Assembly (NCBI RefSeq): GCF_009914755.1
Contig: NC_060945.1
From: the human T2T-CHM13v2.0 reference genome, Homo sapiens
Length of the DNA stretch: 64,000 bases
Reading direction: 5' to 3' (one strand)
In this document: positions 30,210 to 43,800 of the stretch, piece by piece
Layout: the number at the start of each line of letters is the position of its first letter
Numbering within the stretch: the stretch's first letter is position 1
The notes under the pieces: model-generated
Told to the model about the DNA's origin: nothing
Databases searched by the model: none
The model's input: the letters and a program-made list of their open reading frames with translations, nothing else
Position numbers and translations under genes: made by a program

Positions 30210-30924
30210 GTCAGTAGAGGAACAAAGTATTTTTGGGGTATCTCATAGATTTATCTATGAATATTACTGATTTTGGAGATTTTCTCTCGTGAAATTTTGG
30301 AGTTACAAAGTTTCTATTTATCCTCACAAGACATGGAGGGTTTCCAAATAGCTCTTTTTCTTGAAAGGCTTATGGTCTCAATGGAATGAAATAACTAATG
30401 AGTAAATACAGTTTATAGTTATCTAGTTAATTTTATGAATGCTAGAACACAAGAAAATTCTACAGATTAGATTTATGATAAAATCCAATCTCTTATTCAG
30501 CCTTGTATTCTTTAAAAATTGTCAGCATTTATTGGCTTACAGAGGAAAAAACCCAGGAAAGAAGATCTAGCTGTCTAATAAATATATTAGCTGTTGGTGT
30601 ATTCCCTTTCTAATAGTTTGAAAGTTAACAATTGTTTTTGAACATAAAATTAACAGCTTTCAGAATCATCATTAATTAATGTAGCAGTTTGGTCTTGTAT
30701 TACTATGCACACATTTATTCGACTGATAGAATTTCAACACATTAAAACTAATGAGTAGATGTTCACCGAAAGTTGTTTCTAGAGAATGCTTCCTGACATT
30801 TGAAAGCAAGTGGTCTGCTTTCTCTGGGCCTTGTTTTTACCCTCTGGCATTGTTCATGGTACTGGCTTTGTTCTGTTGGTTAGATGTGGTAACTTACTCT
30901 CATCTTTTCCTTGATGAGGCACAG

Positions 30925-30995
30925 GTTCAGGGATGCTGGAAAGGACACTGAAGTAGGCCTTGGCTGATGGGCCTTTCAGAAGTGAACACTTAAGA
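30925..30995 (+). other. DYRK1A: Candidate 71-nt alternative cassette exon
   Basis: Pyrimidine tract ttactctcatcttttcctt...cacAG, donor AGA|GTAGGT. Confidence 0.5.
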
Positions 30996-31009
30996 GTAGG
31001 TTTTCAGAG

Positions 31010-31150
31010 TAACTTTGTGAGGTGATGAATATGTTAATTGGCTTGATTGTGGTGATCATTTCATTTTGTATATGTGTATCAAAACATCATGTTTTACACC
31101 TTAATATATACACAATTTTTATTTTCCAGTTATAACTCAATAAAGCTGGT
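31010..31150 (+). mobile_element. L1M 3'-end fragment with AATAAA (31139-31144)
   Basis: tgtgaggtgatgaatatgttaatt...tgtggtgatcatttca...ctcaataaagctgg. Confidence 0.8.
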
Positions 31151-34029
31151 GGGAGGAGAGAAAAAAATAGTTTTACTGAACACTAGGCCAAAGTCAGACT
31201 TTGATGTATTTAGTTCATGTATCTATAGGTGTTCCTGTACTTACTTAATTTGAGAATCTTTTTGCATGTTTTAAAATACAGTTAGAACATGAATGAAGTA
31301 CATTTGGATTTTCTTTTGATTTTTGGAAGAACAAATGATTTGTTAACAAACATTTATTTGGTGAGCATTTGCTTTGTACCAGGTACTATTATAGGTGCTG
31401 CTCTGCATACAAGGATCCCTGAGCTTATGGATAACAAATAAATGAGGCAGTGGAGGTTTTTGATAAAGTTTTAAGACTCACCTATTGAATTCAAGGCATG
31501 CAGAGAGAAAGTAGAGAGCACTGTCTGGGTAATGACATTGACAGTAATGGCTTTACCTGTAGGCAGAGGTTACCAAAATCTCTGCATCCCATTCTTCTCT
31601 TCTGAGCTCCACACTCAGGTAACTGCTTTCTGGATGCCTCTCCCGCATATTCCCTCCTCCTCCCCCATTCAGTCCTCTTAGTAATGAGTGACACCATTCT
31701 ACCCTAACACAACATCATTTGGGGAACCTAGCAACCACTCTTTGCCCTTTTGAATCACAAGTAACCAAATTCAGTTTATTTAAGGTGTAGAATGACTTCT
31801 CAGATTAGATTTGGAAAAAGTACTGCCTCAGAGATTACCATGTATATGAACATAAAGACTTTTATATAAAGAAACCTGTGTAAACCAGCATTTCTTCAGT
31901 TTATTTGATTAAGGGACCTCCCCTCCCTTTTATTTTTGATTTATACCTATTAATAACATCCTGTGGACCATGATTTGGGAAAATCATGTTGGAAATAGAA
32001 GGGGCTGCCATTCTTTGTTTTGTTGAAATGAACTTCTTTAACAACTAAAATTTTTTAAACAATAGTGATATACTAGTCACTTTTAAATGTGGAATAGTTC
32101 CAAAGCATACAGAGCTATCACTTTTTGAGGATGAATAAACATGGAAATTTATTTTTAAATGTGCTGATTTGTTCATATTGTCTATGTCATAATTCTTATG
32201 CATACACTATATATATACTCATATATATGAATTTAAGTACTTAAAACCGTTTGTGGCAGAGTTTTAATTTTGGATTCTCTTAACTCATTTTAAAATGTGA
32301 ATTTTGTAGGACAAAATTTTCATATTTCCAGTGATCACAAATGGGGTGTATTCATTATACAAGAGTTAGAAATCAGATCTGTAAATTACAAAACCCCAAC
32401 TTTTAAAATCCCATCATATGTGGGGTACACTAGGAGAATGAAAGGGCATGTAGATTGTAATATTTAGGAAGCTGTCACCAGTTTGCCTCCCCTTGGAATT
32501 GTTGTCGTGGTCGTGTGTGTCTGATCTTTTTCTTTGTCTGTGTCTCCTTCTCTAGCTTTCGTTCATGTCTCAACCCAAGCAGTTTGACTTTTTTCTTACT
32601 GATTCAATAAATTTATTTTTCTAGTAAGTTAAAAAGATAGTGGATTTGCTTTTGCACTCATGTTTTTACTTTTTGTTTATTAGATGATACAAAATCACTG
32701 AAAGAATTCTGAAATGTATAAATATATATAGATAAGTATAAGGAAACATATCCCAAGTTTTAGTGTCCCCTACAGTGTGGCACATTCCCTTCCAGTTGTT
32801 TTTCATGCCATTTTTTTAACTAATTGAGGTCATTTTGAATATTCAGGATGATGTGGTTGGGTAAGATCCATTTTATACTCGTGTTGACTAACATATCATA
32901 AATGTTGCCCTACATCATCAAAAGCTAACCATAGTGATTTGCTGTTACTTTGAACTTGGAGCAAATCCAGGGTACTCAGAATGCTTTTGAAGATAATTAC
33001 TTTAGATATTTATTTTACAGTATGCTTATTTCCTAGTTAAGTTAGGTATCTCTTATTTTTAGGCATTAAGTTGTTTTTTAAAGCACTAATACCTGTGCAT
33101 AGTATTTGGCTGTAAAATTATTTTCTTATAATTGATTCCTAGGAGTCATAATGTTTGAAAAATTTTCAGGCTCTTGATGCAACTTTTCAGAAAGCTGTTT
33201 GGTAATATGTACCACTCTGTACATTACAAGAATGTCTCTTAATTTATTTTTCTCAGCATTGAGTATTATAGTTAAAATAAATCTTCAACAGGCAAAAAGA
33301 AGAATCTCTTATTTTGGAACAAATGAAGTAGTATTGTATACTTGGTGGAGGAAATATAAGTGCTTTAGAAATGCATAAAGTAAAAAGAGACAGCCACTCC
33401 CCTTTTCCTAATAGTTTGGAGTCTGTCTTTCTAGCGAGTAGTTTTTGTTTAATACGTTTATGGCATTTGCACATGTTGTTTACCAGTTTTATGTCCAGCT
33501 AGTCCGATAGTTCCTGAAGGTCAGGGGGTTAAGGCTTATCCTCTTTGTGTGCCCTGTGACTGTCTGGCAGGATTTCTGGGACACAGGAAGTGCTCAGCAA
33601 ATGCAAAAAGAATAATTTTTGGCATCCTAATGGCATTTTTAATGCCTAAAAATAAGTATATTAATGCTTGCTTTAATACATTTCTTCAAGTGGTTTTAAG
33701 AGTTTCTTATTATTTTCCATTGCTTTTTATGTTTCATAGTTTTATTTATGTTTCTAAGTGGAAGCAATTAATAATGATTACATTATGTATGTGTCATATG
33801 AAAAAGCATTTGATATTTATAGAAAAAATGATGGGAAATCTGAGGTAAGCCACATTGTAAAATTGAATTTTTTACCTTAGTGTGTCTATTTAAGACCCAG
33901 GTAAAAGAAAATACATTTATATTCATGATTTTGGATTTTAGGTATACTTATTAAGTGTACCTTGAAAGAATGTCTAAGTTCTAGGAAGATGACAACAGAA
34001 CATAGTTTTAAAATTTTCCCATTTTCCTC

Positions 34030-35450
<1,421 letters not shown>

Positions 35451-35465
35451 ATTTGCTTTGCAGAT

Positions 35466-35765
35466 TTTTTTTAAGAGAGTCTTGCTGTGTTGCCTAAGCT
35501 GGAATGCCATGTGGCATAAGCATGGCTCACTGCAGCCTTGAACTCCTGGGCTAAAGCTATCCTCCTGCCTCAGCCTCCCAAGTAGCTAGGACTGCAGGCA
35601 CGTGCTGCCACACCTGGCTAACTTCTTTATTTTTATTTCTGTAGAGATGTGGTCTTGCTGTGTTCCCTAGGCTGGTTTTGAACTGCTGAAGACCAGCCTT
35701 AAGTGATTCTTCCGCCTTAACCTCCCAAAGTGCTGGGATTACAGGTGTGAGTCACCGTCTTGGCC
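35466..35765 (-). mobile_element. AluJ
   Basis: Antisense dimer. Confidence 0.92.
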
Positions 35766-37192
35766 TTTAGTCACTTTTTAGTGTGCTTTTAAAATTTAAA
35801 CATTCTCCAGCATCAATATTCTTCTATAGTACTGTTTTAAATGACTAATCAGTATTCTGCGAATTAGTTAATGTTTAACGGTTCCCCATTTTTGCTAATT
35901 AGTTCATGAACAATGTTTAAGTGGATACTATTATCGTGTTTTTTGTTTGTTTTTTATTTATTGCCTTAGGTTCAATTCCTAGAAGTTGGAATTGTTAAGG
36001 TGAAGCATATGTACATTTTAAAGCCTTTTGATACATTATTTTCAAATACCTTTTTAAAGTACAGTTTATGCTTCTACCAGCTGCACATCAGAATTTTTCT
36101 GCACCCTAGGATCCTAGGTATTTTAAAATGTTTGCCAATTCAATAGACAAAACATAACTCAATATTTACATTTACATTTGCTTGAATATTAGACCGAGTA
36201 TGTTTTTTGGGGGGTTTGTTACTCATGTTTTTTGTGAGTTTCCTTTTATCATTCTTTGTTGATATTTCTTTGGGGTTTTAATTTTTTTTCTTAATTTACC
36301 AAAGTTTCTCATTGAACCCTTACTAGATGCCAATGACTATTCTAAATTATTTACAGGTATTAACTTATTTACTCCTAATGATAACTCTGGTACAGGTACT
36401 GTGATTGACCCAGACAGAGGTTCGGTAGCCTGCCCCAGGTCACACAGCTAGTAAGGGATGGAGCTGGGGAGCAAATTCAGGGCCTGTGAGTCCCTCCTCT
36501 TAATGATCATGCTTTTGATTTTAGGGATACTTACTGTTACTTATTGCTGGTACATTTTCCAGTTTGCATTTGCCTTTTGTTCATGGTGTCGTTTTATACA
36601 AGAGCTTTAACTTTTTGTATGGGAGAACTAAGTTTTATTTATTAGTGTAATGCCTCAAACATAACAGATTCTCAAATCTATGTGTTGAACAAATGAGAAT
36701 GAACCCATCAGCAGTCTGTTGATGGTGATGACCTTTTATGTAGTGTAATATGTATCTCCTTTTAAAGGGATTCCCAGGGCTTCATAAATGAGTTACTCTT
36801 TGGTTTTTATCAGGCACAGTAAGCTTATCTGTATTAGCTCTTCTGGAAAGTTTTTTAGATGTAATCACTGCTTTTAAAAGGAACATGTGTTCTTAAACAA
36901 GCAAATAGGAGTTGTGAAGAATGTATTTATTGATAATGATTTGAATTGTAGATTCAAAGTGAAATGAAATAATTTCACTCTAGGAATAATTTGATGGGAT
37001 TTGTTTTTTGTATTTTTAGAAAATTATAGATTTGGCCATTGTTTAAAAAGTTTTGAATAAATTTTGGCTTAGTGTAAGAAGATTCTTTGATAGGAAAACT
37101 AAAACTATTTGATATAAAAAGTTATCATTGCTTAAGATTTGGATAGTGTAGATCATCTCCTCAAAAGGTGAAATTTAAGATTTTACTTTTCT

Positions 37193-37273
37193 CGAATTCC
37201 TGACCTCAGGTTATCCTGCTGCCTTGGGCTCCCAAAGTGCTGGGATTACAGGTATGAGCCACCGTGCCCGACC
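37193..37273 (-). mobile_element. Tail-less 5' Alu fragment with 16-bp TSD
   Basis: First ~81 nt of Alu only; aagattttacttttct at 37177-37192 and 37274-37289. Confidence 0.9.
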
Positions 37274-37668
37274 AAGATTTTACTTTTCTTTAAGCACTCT
37301 TTCTCCTCTTCTCTCTGGTGGTGAATACCAGGCTACTTAATGGTGCCTTCTTAGTTTGGCCTCTGTATTCCTTAGTCTTTTAAAAAAGTGTAGAGATCCA
37401 TATTGCTAATGGATATACATTAGAGAGAAACACAAATAAGTTAATTTTAATTTTTATAAACCATCCACAAAATATACTCCATGGAATCAGATACTCAAAA
37501 AGATACCGAGATGTAAATATTTATGTTGTTAACGCAAATCCAGGTCTGCTTTGTAGAAGGTTACCAAAGCTTAAAAACCATTGTTGAGTGCTTGCTGTTT
37601 TTGTAACCTACTGGTTGCAGCCAGCTCTTTCCTCTCCTACTGGTGGTAGTAGTATTCTTCAGGCCATT

Positions 37669-38051
37669 TGTATTAGTCTGTTCTTGCACTGCTATAAAGG
37701 AAACCTAAGACTGGGTCATTTATGAAGAAAAGAGTTTTAATTGGTACACGGTTCCACAGGTTATACATGAAGCATGGCTAGGGAGGCCTCAGGAAACTTA
37801 GAGTCATGGTAGAGAGTGAAGGGGAAGCAGGCATGTCTTACATAGCCCCAGCAGGAGGAAAAGAGAGAAGTGGGAGTGCTACACACTTCTAGACAACCAG
37901 ATCTCGCGAGAACGTACTCACCATCGTGAGAATAGCAAGGGGGAGGTGTGCCCCTGTGATCCAATCACCTTTCAAGAGGCCTCTCCTCCAACATTGAGAA
38001 TTACAGCTTGACGTGAGATTTGTGTGGGGACACATATCCAAAACATAATCA
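37669..38051 (-). mobile_element. MSTA/MSTB MaLR solo LTR
   Basis: tgtattagtctgttcttgcactgctataaag...gggaggcctcaggaaactta; flanks ccatt/ccatg. Confidence 0.9.
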
Positions 38052-40094
38052 CCATGCTTAGCCGATATTGTTAAATTCAGACTTGTTCTTTTAAGCATTA
38101 ATCAGTCAATTTACATGCTTATGTTAATAAAATTTAATCCATTCTGGAAGTAAAAGAACGAAATGTCAGTTTTCCTTTTCCTCGTTTCCACTTACAGGGG
38201 TAACCCCTTTTACTATTTTCCGTTTTAAAATTCTTCTCTTGGTTGCCTCCATGATTTTTAATACATTAGTATGTTTGTAGCTGTGTTTTAGTATTTTAAA
38301 AAACTATTGAAAAATGAAACCAGATAGCTCTCAGTGCTACCTCTTTTCCATCCAGTTTCTCCCGATCCTCTTTTAAAGTTTTTCTGTTGATTATTATTAA
38401 AATTTTATAAAACTAACTTAAACCTCATTCTTGGCCATCAGTTTTAGACAGTTTCTCTTGATTTCTCAAGATTTGAAATGAGAGCTTTAGAGCCCTTTAT
38501 ATTTCTTTTTACCTCACAGCTGTTACCCACCAGTTACTTCCAGCTTGTATATAGGTATGTTCACTTACACATCTTTCTTTCACTTAATTGAATCCTTTAT
38601 TTTTGTCTTAGAATCTTCTGAATATTGAAAACAGAGAACTATACTGGAAGAACATAGTGTATTAAGACTCATGGAGAGGGAGATGTGATACTGTGTCACT
38701 GAGGTCGTTCCAGTCATAGGAGAAATGTTACCACTGGATTGAGGTCTGGTACATTTTAAAAGATGATTTAATTCTATGATATGTGTTCAACTTGCACTAG
38801 GATAGTTTTTACTTTCACCTTTGTTCCATGCACCGCGCAAATACCTGGGAACCCTTGTTGCCCAACTCAAGAGCCAGAGTCCTCTGTCATCATTTTGCCT
38901 CTCTCCTAAGTGACAGGACTGAGTGCAGACTTGGTGTTTGTGGGTGAGGCATGTGGACTGACAGGCAGGCTTCAGTTTATTTAGCGAGTGTGAGCCCTGG
39001 CAGGAAGATTCTCTTTCTCTGCTTGCCAGGTTGAGGAGGCCTCATTAAGCAGTTTGAACTTGTGGTTTTGGCGTGTCTAGTCCTGGTGCAGGTGGCTTGG
39101 TATCCTCACAGGCATTTCTTTGGCCTCACCCTTGGGGTGACTGTTCACTTGTGTTTGAGCGGCTGGGACTCAGTAGGTTCACTGGAGTAGGTATTTCTTT
39201 AGAGCCACTGGCGGAGGCTGATCATGCGGCAGATAGTTGTTTAGTATCAAGCCAGTCTCTCCCCTTCTTTCTACTCCAGTTTTTCTTTACCACCCAGAAT
39301 GGCATCTGCCACTTCTGCTCTGGTTCCTAGATCTTTTTGACATTCCTTAAATTATTGGTATTATCCCAGTTGCCTTTTCTTGCAGAAAACTGACAAAATC
39401 TTTGGTTCACTGGTATGTCTCCATCCCATGCTTTATTTTATTTAGTGATCTTTCACTGCTTGTTTCTATGGATGATATAGAGGAATATAGAGGATAAGAA
39501 CAATATGTTTACTCTATCCAGTGTTCTAGATTTTCTTGTTAGAAGCACCCTCCTTCCCAGCTTGGGAAAACTGAGCTGCTGGGGTGGCTGTTGGCTCCTT
39601 CGCTTGCTGTTAGTTTTAAAGGATTGTTTTCAGTCACACTTGAATTGTAGCTATCCTTGGTTCTCTTTTTACCAATGAATTCTGGTAGTATGTTTTAAGA
39701 GCTGGGTGGCCTTCCTGGCCTTTGTAAACATTTCCTGCAATGCCTAGCTTTAGTGAGCTGCGAAGTTGCCCATTGGAGATGAGGCTCTATTGAAAGTCAG
39801 CACCTGTACTTCACTCCCTGCCTTTTGTGACTTTGGGTTTCGACCGGGTGTTTGGAAGCACTGTTTCTTCTGTCCTTGACCTTGTTCCACATGTTTTACC
39901 CATTACCTCCTGTGAGCAGGCACAGGGCCTTTCCTTGTCACCTGGGCTTCAGCTGCTTTGAGGATGACTACTTACCCCTTGCAGTAGCTTCCCACCAAGG
40001 TTCTTGAAAGGGAAGTTTTCATAATGTTCATTTTTTTAAAAAGTTAGACCAGCTATACCCCCTAAACTTAAGTCTGCTTGTTTTCATATGACGT

Positions 40095-40365
40095 AGAAAT
40101 TGATACAAAAATACTTTATGTAGTTTGTATAGATGTAGTTGCTTAAGAAAGATGACACTTACTGTACTATTTTGTTGTCTTGATAAGTACAGTACAAAAA
40201 CCAGTTTTTAAACCCTAAAGTTAATTTGCAAGAAATTGATACAAAAATACTTTATGTAGTTTGTATAGATGAAGTTGCTAAGAAAGGTGACACTTACTGT
40301 ACTATTTTGTTGTCTGGATAAGTACAGTACAAAAACCAGTTTTTAAACCCTAAAGTTAATTTGCA
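40095..40365. repeat. Tandem duplication, 136 + 135 bp
   Basis: Copies 40095-40230 and 40231-40365 differ by 3 substitutions and 1 indel. Confidence 0.97.
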
Positions 40366-40472
40366 AGAATCTTTTTGTTTTGACAATATACTATTATAAC
40401 TTTTAGCTGAATAAAATCTTAAGTCAACTTTTATGTTTTCATGATACCTAAATGAGGGAGCAAAAGTATATT

Positions 40473-40502
40473 TAGTATATGACAGTATACTGTCATATAC
40501 TA
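40473..40502. repeat. Perfect 30-bp palindrome
   Basis: TAGTATATGACAGTATACTGTCATATACTA equals its own reverse complement. Confidence 0.97.
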
Positions 40503-41173
40503 CTGAATTTTCATAAGGTTCTAGGAGCCTTTTTTTTTGTTCTGGGAAAGGGAGGGAGGAAGAGGATGGCACTGTTACCCAAATGTGAGTTAGTTGATTC
40601 AGAAGAGTAAAGAATAGTCCAATAGTCCAGTAGTTAAAAATTTATGTCTGTAATCCAGATTTAAATACCAGTTTATCTTCTAGCTTTATAAACAGTCTTA
40701 ATGAGAAGTAGGGGACAAAAAAGAAGCAGGATTGCCCTTAGGTTAGAGAATAGAAATATCTACTTGGCTTAACGTTTTTATGAAAGATGTCCAGCAAAAC
40801 TGTGGTGGCAGCCTCACTTTAGAGAATGAGGTATTAAAAACTTGACCAAGGTAGTCATGCCAGACTTTTGAATATTTTTCCAAATAAGATGGCTTCAAAT
40901 TGAAAAATTTTATCCACTTGATATTTTTCAAAACTATAAAGCTGTGTTCTATTTCTACCTAAAATATAAAATTGTTAGTATGGTATGATTTGTCATTTGA
41001 GATGATCTTGGCTAATACATTACTGGGCATAATAATGGCTATTACACATTGAGAGGATAGAGGCTGTTTCCGTGTCTCAAGCATCATTAACTGCAGATAA
41101 AAAAAAGTTAACAGTTATTCTAAAAATATTTCTTATAGGGGAGAAAATGTAATCAGTATATTGTATGTTTTAG

Positions 41174-41334
<161 letters not shown>

Positions 41335-43499
41335 TTAATGATTAATTGTATACTTAGAAAACTTACTTTCTTTACTAGGAATTCTAAAAATATATATATA
41401 TATATATATGTAATGAAGATTTTAGTTTAGTAAGTTAACTATTTTAAAACATGTTTAATGTTTAATTTCTGATTCTAAAAGTAGTACTTTTTGGTACTTT
41501 CCTAAACTCCATAATTTAAGTAACTTTAAAAAGAACTGATGCTAAGCTAAACATTTAAATTGAGGATTATCCCAGAGCATCTGTCACTAGGCAGATGATG
41601 TTTCCTTATGTCTCTAGTCCCCAAAGGAAAGTAGGAGTGCCAAGTTTTTAATATTTGTCCCTTTCAAGAAGGGGAAAGTTTTGTGATACAAAAAATGTTT
41701 AAGAGGTGGACCAGGAAACAGTCCCTTGACATGGAAAATGCCCAGGCTGAGTTAGGATTGCTTTATCTATATGGAGGGAATAAGAACCTGGGAGAACAAA
41801 CCAAAATATTAAAGATTCATGAGTAAGAGTATGAATGAAATTGGCTTTAAAATCTTTCCCTTTTATTTCTCTCTTACCTTTATCCTTCGGAATTAAAGGA
41901 GGCTAATGCAGGTTCCAAGTAGTTCAAAAATGTACCAAAAGTTGTGAAGTTTAAAGGGCTGAGATTGAGTCTTTCAGGGAATGGATTAAATACTTTGGTT
42001 TCGACAGTGATTTTCAAACCTGTCTTAAGCCTTGACTCGTAGTGTGTAGATGATAGTATCGTGAATGATCCTGAGCTAATCTCATGAAAGCTTACATTTA
42101 AACAAATTTTCATATGGACAAGAAACCAAGAGACATTGATGTGTGACTAAAATATTGATTATTCATGGATTCTGCGAGAGCTTTGCTTTTTATCTGTGGG
42201 ATCTTACGCATTATGTTTCTAAAAATATAGTTTCTTTGTTTCTAGGATGGGGGGGTTAATATTAGATTATTTTTAAGTTTCCTTCTAGTTTTAGAGTTAT
42301 TGATCCTTTTTCTGACTTTTAGAACCTGACTTTTCCAGTCTTGGTTTCATTGGACTTTAACGGGTTCCAGAATTCCTGAGTAGAGAGAACATGGGAAGAA
42401 ATTAAGGGACAGGTGTGGGTGATGGGTGCTTAGAGATGGTGGAAAAGTGGCTTCAGGAGAAGAGAAATTGTAGTGTTAGGGATAGGACCAGCATGCTCTT
42501 CTCTTGGAATCTGATGCTTGAAATCTACTCTGTCTTAATGAAATATACTTTACAAATGCTAGACGTCTTTCTGGAGACGTTTATAGACACTCTATGGAAA
42601 AATATCTAAAAATCATGAAATTTTTCATGATGTGGAATGAATCTGTACTCTATTTAGGAGGAGATAATTGCTAGGCTAGGTGGGACAAGTTGATCTATTT
42701 TAAAATAAAATTGTATCTTTTATAAGGCACAAATGGGAACTGTGTCTCCTTGACATGTTTCAAAGCATTTCTCTGAATATGTGAGATTAAAGAAACTCTC
42801 AACCACTCAGAATTGTCAGAACACTGATGTTCTTTAAAACTATCTTTGTAGCTGTTAGTATGTACTGACACAGTTGAAGTTTTTAATGTTTTATTCATTA
42901 TTAGACATTTTGCATATGAATGTAATGTCTTTTATTTACAGTTACATCTTAACTGAACTTGGTTCCCAGATATGAGTATTATTTACTTGGTCTCAGTCTT
43001 CATATTTTAAGCTCTATAGGTTAATACTTAATTGGGTTTTATTTTAAAATTATTTTTGAAGCTATATATTAAAGTTTGTCGTAATAAACCAAATGTTAGT
43101 TTTCCTCCACCTGGGAATACTTGAGACTTCAGTGAGCCACGCTTTCTGTTATGCCCACCTCTTTAGTCTTTCCATTATAGAATAAACATGCTTTGTGTGA
43201 TTTCTCTAAAATGTAATGTTTGAGAATCTATTTTAATGTATAGAAAGACATTTACATAATGCTTTTGAGTAGGTGGGGAAAAAAGTTGAAATGTTGATGG
43301 CAGCATCTGTTAGAAAAACTCACATGTCTATATAGTAAAAAGTTAAAATTACAACAAATGCACTACTTTAACTGTGTTCTGCATGTTATTCCATGGGATC
43401 GCCTTTGGAGTAAAGTAGAATATGTTTCTAGTCTTTTATAGTTGGTGTTAATTTTGTTCTAAACGTGAAAGTGTTAACAGCAAGTTGAAAATGTGACAA

Positions 43500-43800
43500 A
43501 GCTCAATTTCATTTCTTGTTTATTGCTTGTTTTCCTATTGGACAATTGGAAGTAGCTTTGCCCTGGCAACTAAAATAGGCTATTTGCATAACCTAGTTTG
43601 ATTGGCTAGCATCCTGACTAACAGTTCCAATCATATGGTGTCGGTTTAGTGGTAGGCTATGCTAATTAGCCGCTGTTGCTGGGGTTCAGGGATGGTTTCT
43701 GTGTGCTGTTCTGCTGCATTGTGTTGCCTGGTGAGAGACATTGATAAATGAGCGTTTAATGATCTGCAGCAGTTCCCACTCACTGCGGGCAGGCGGATTT
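43500..43800. promoter_or_regulatory. Candidate intronic enhancer
   Basis: Non-repetitive cluster of RFX, octamer, CCAAT, E-box, TAATTA, SOX and FOX-like motifs. Motif evidence only. Confidence 0.45.
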
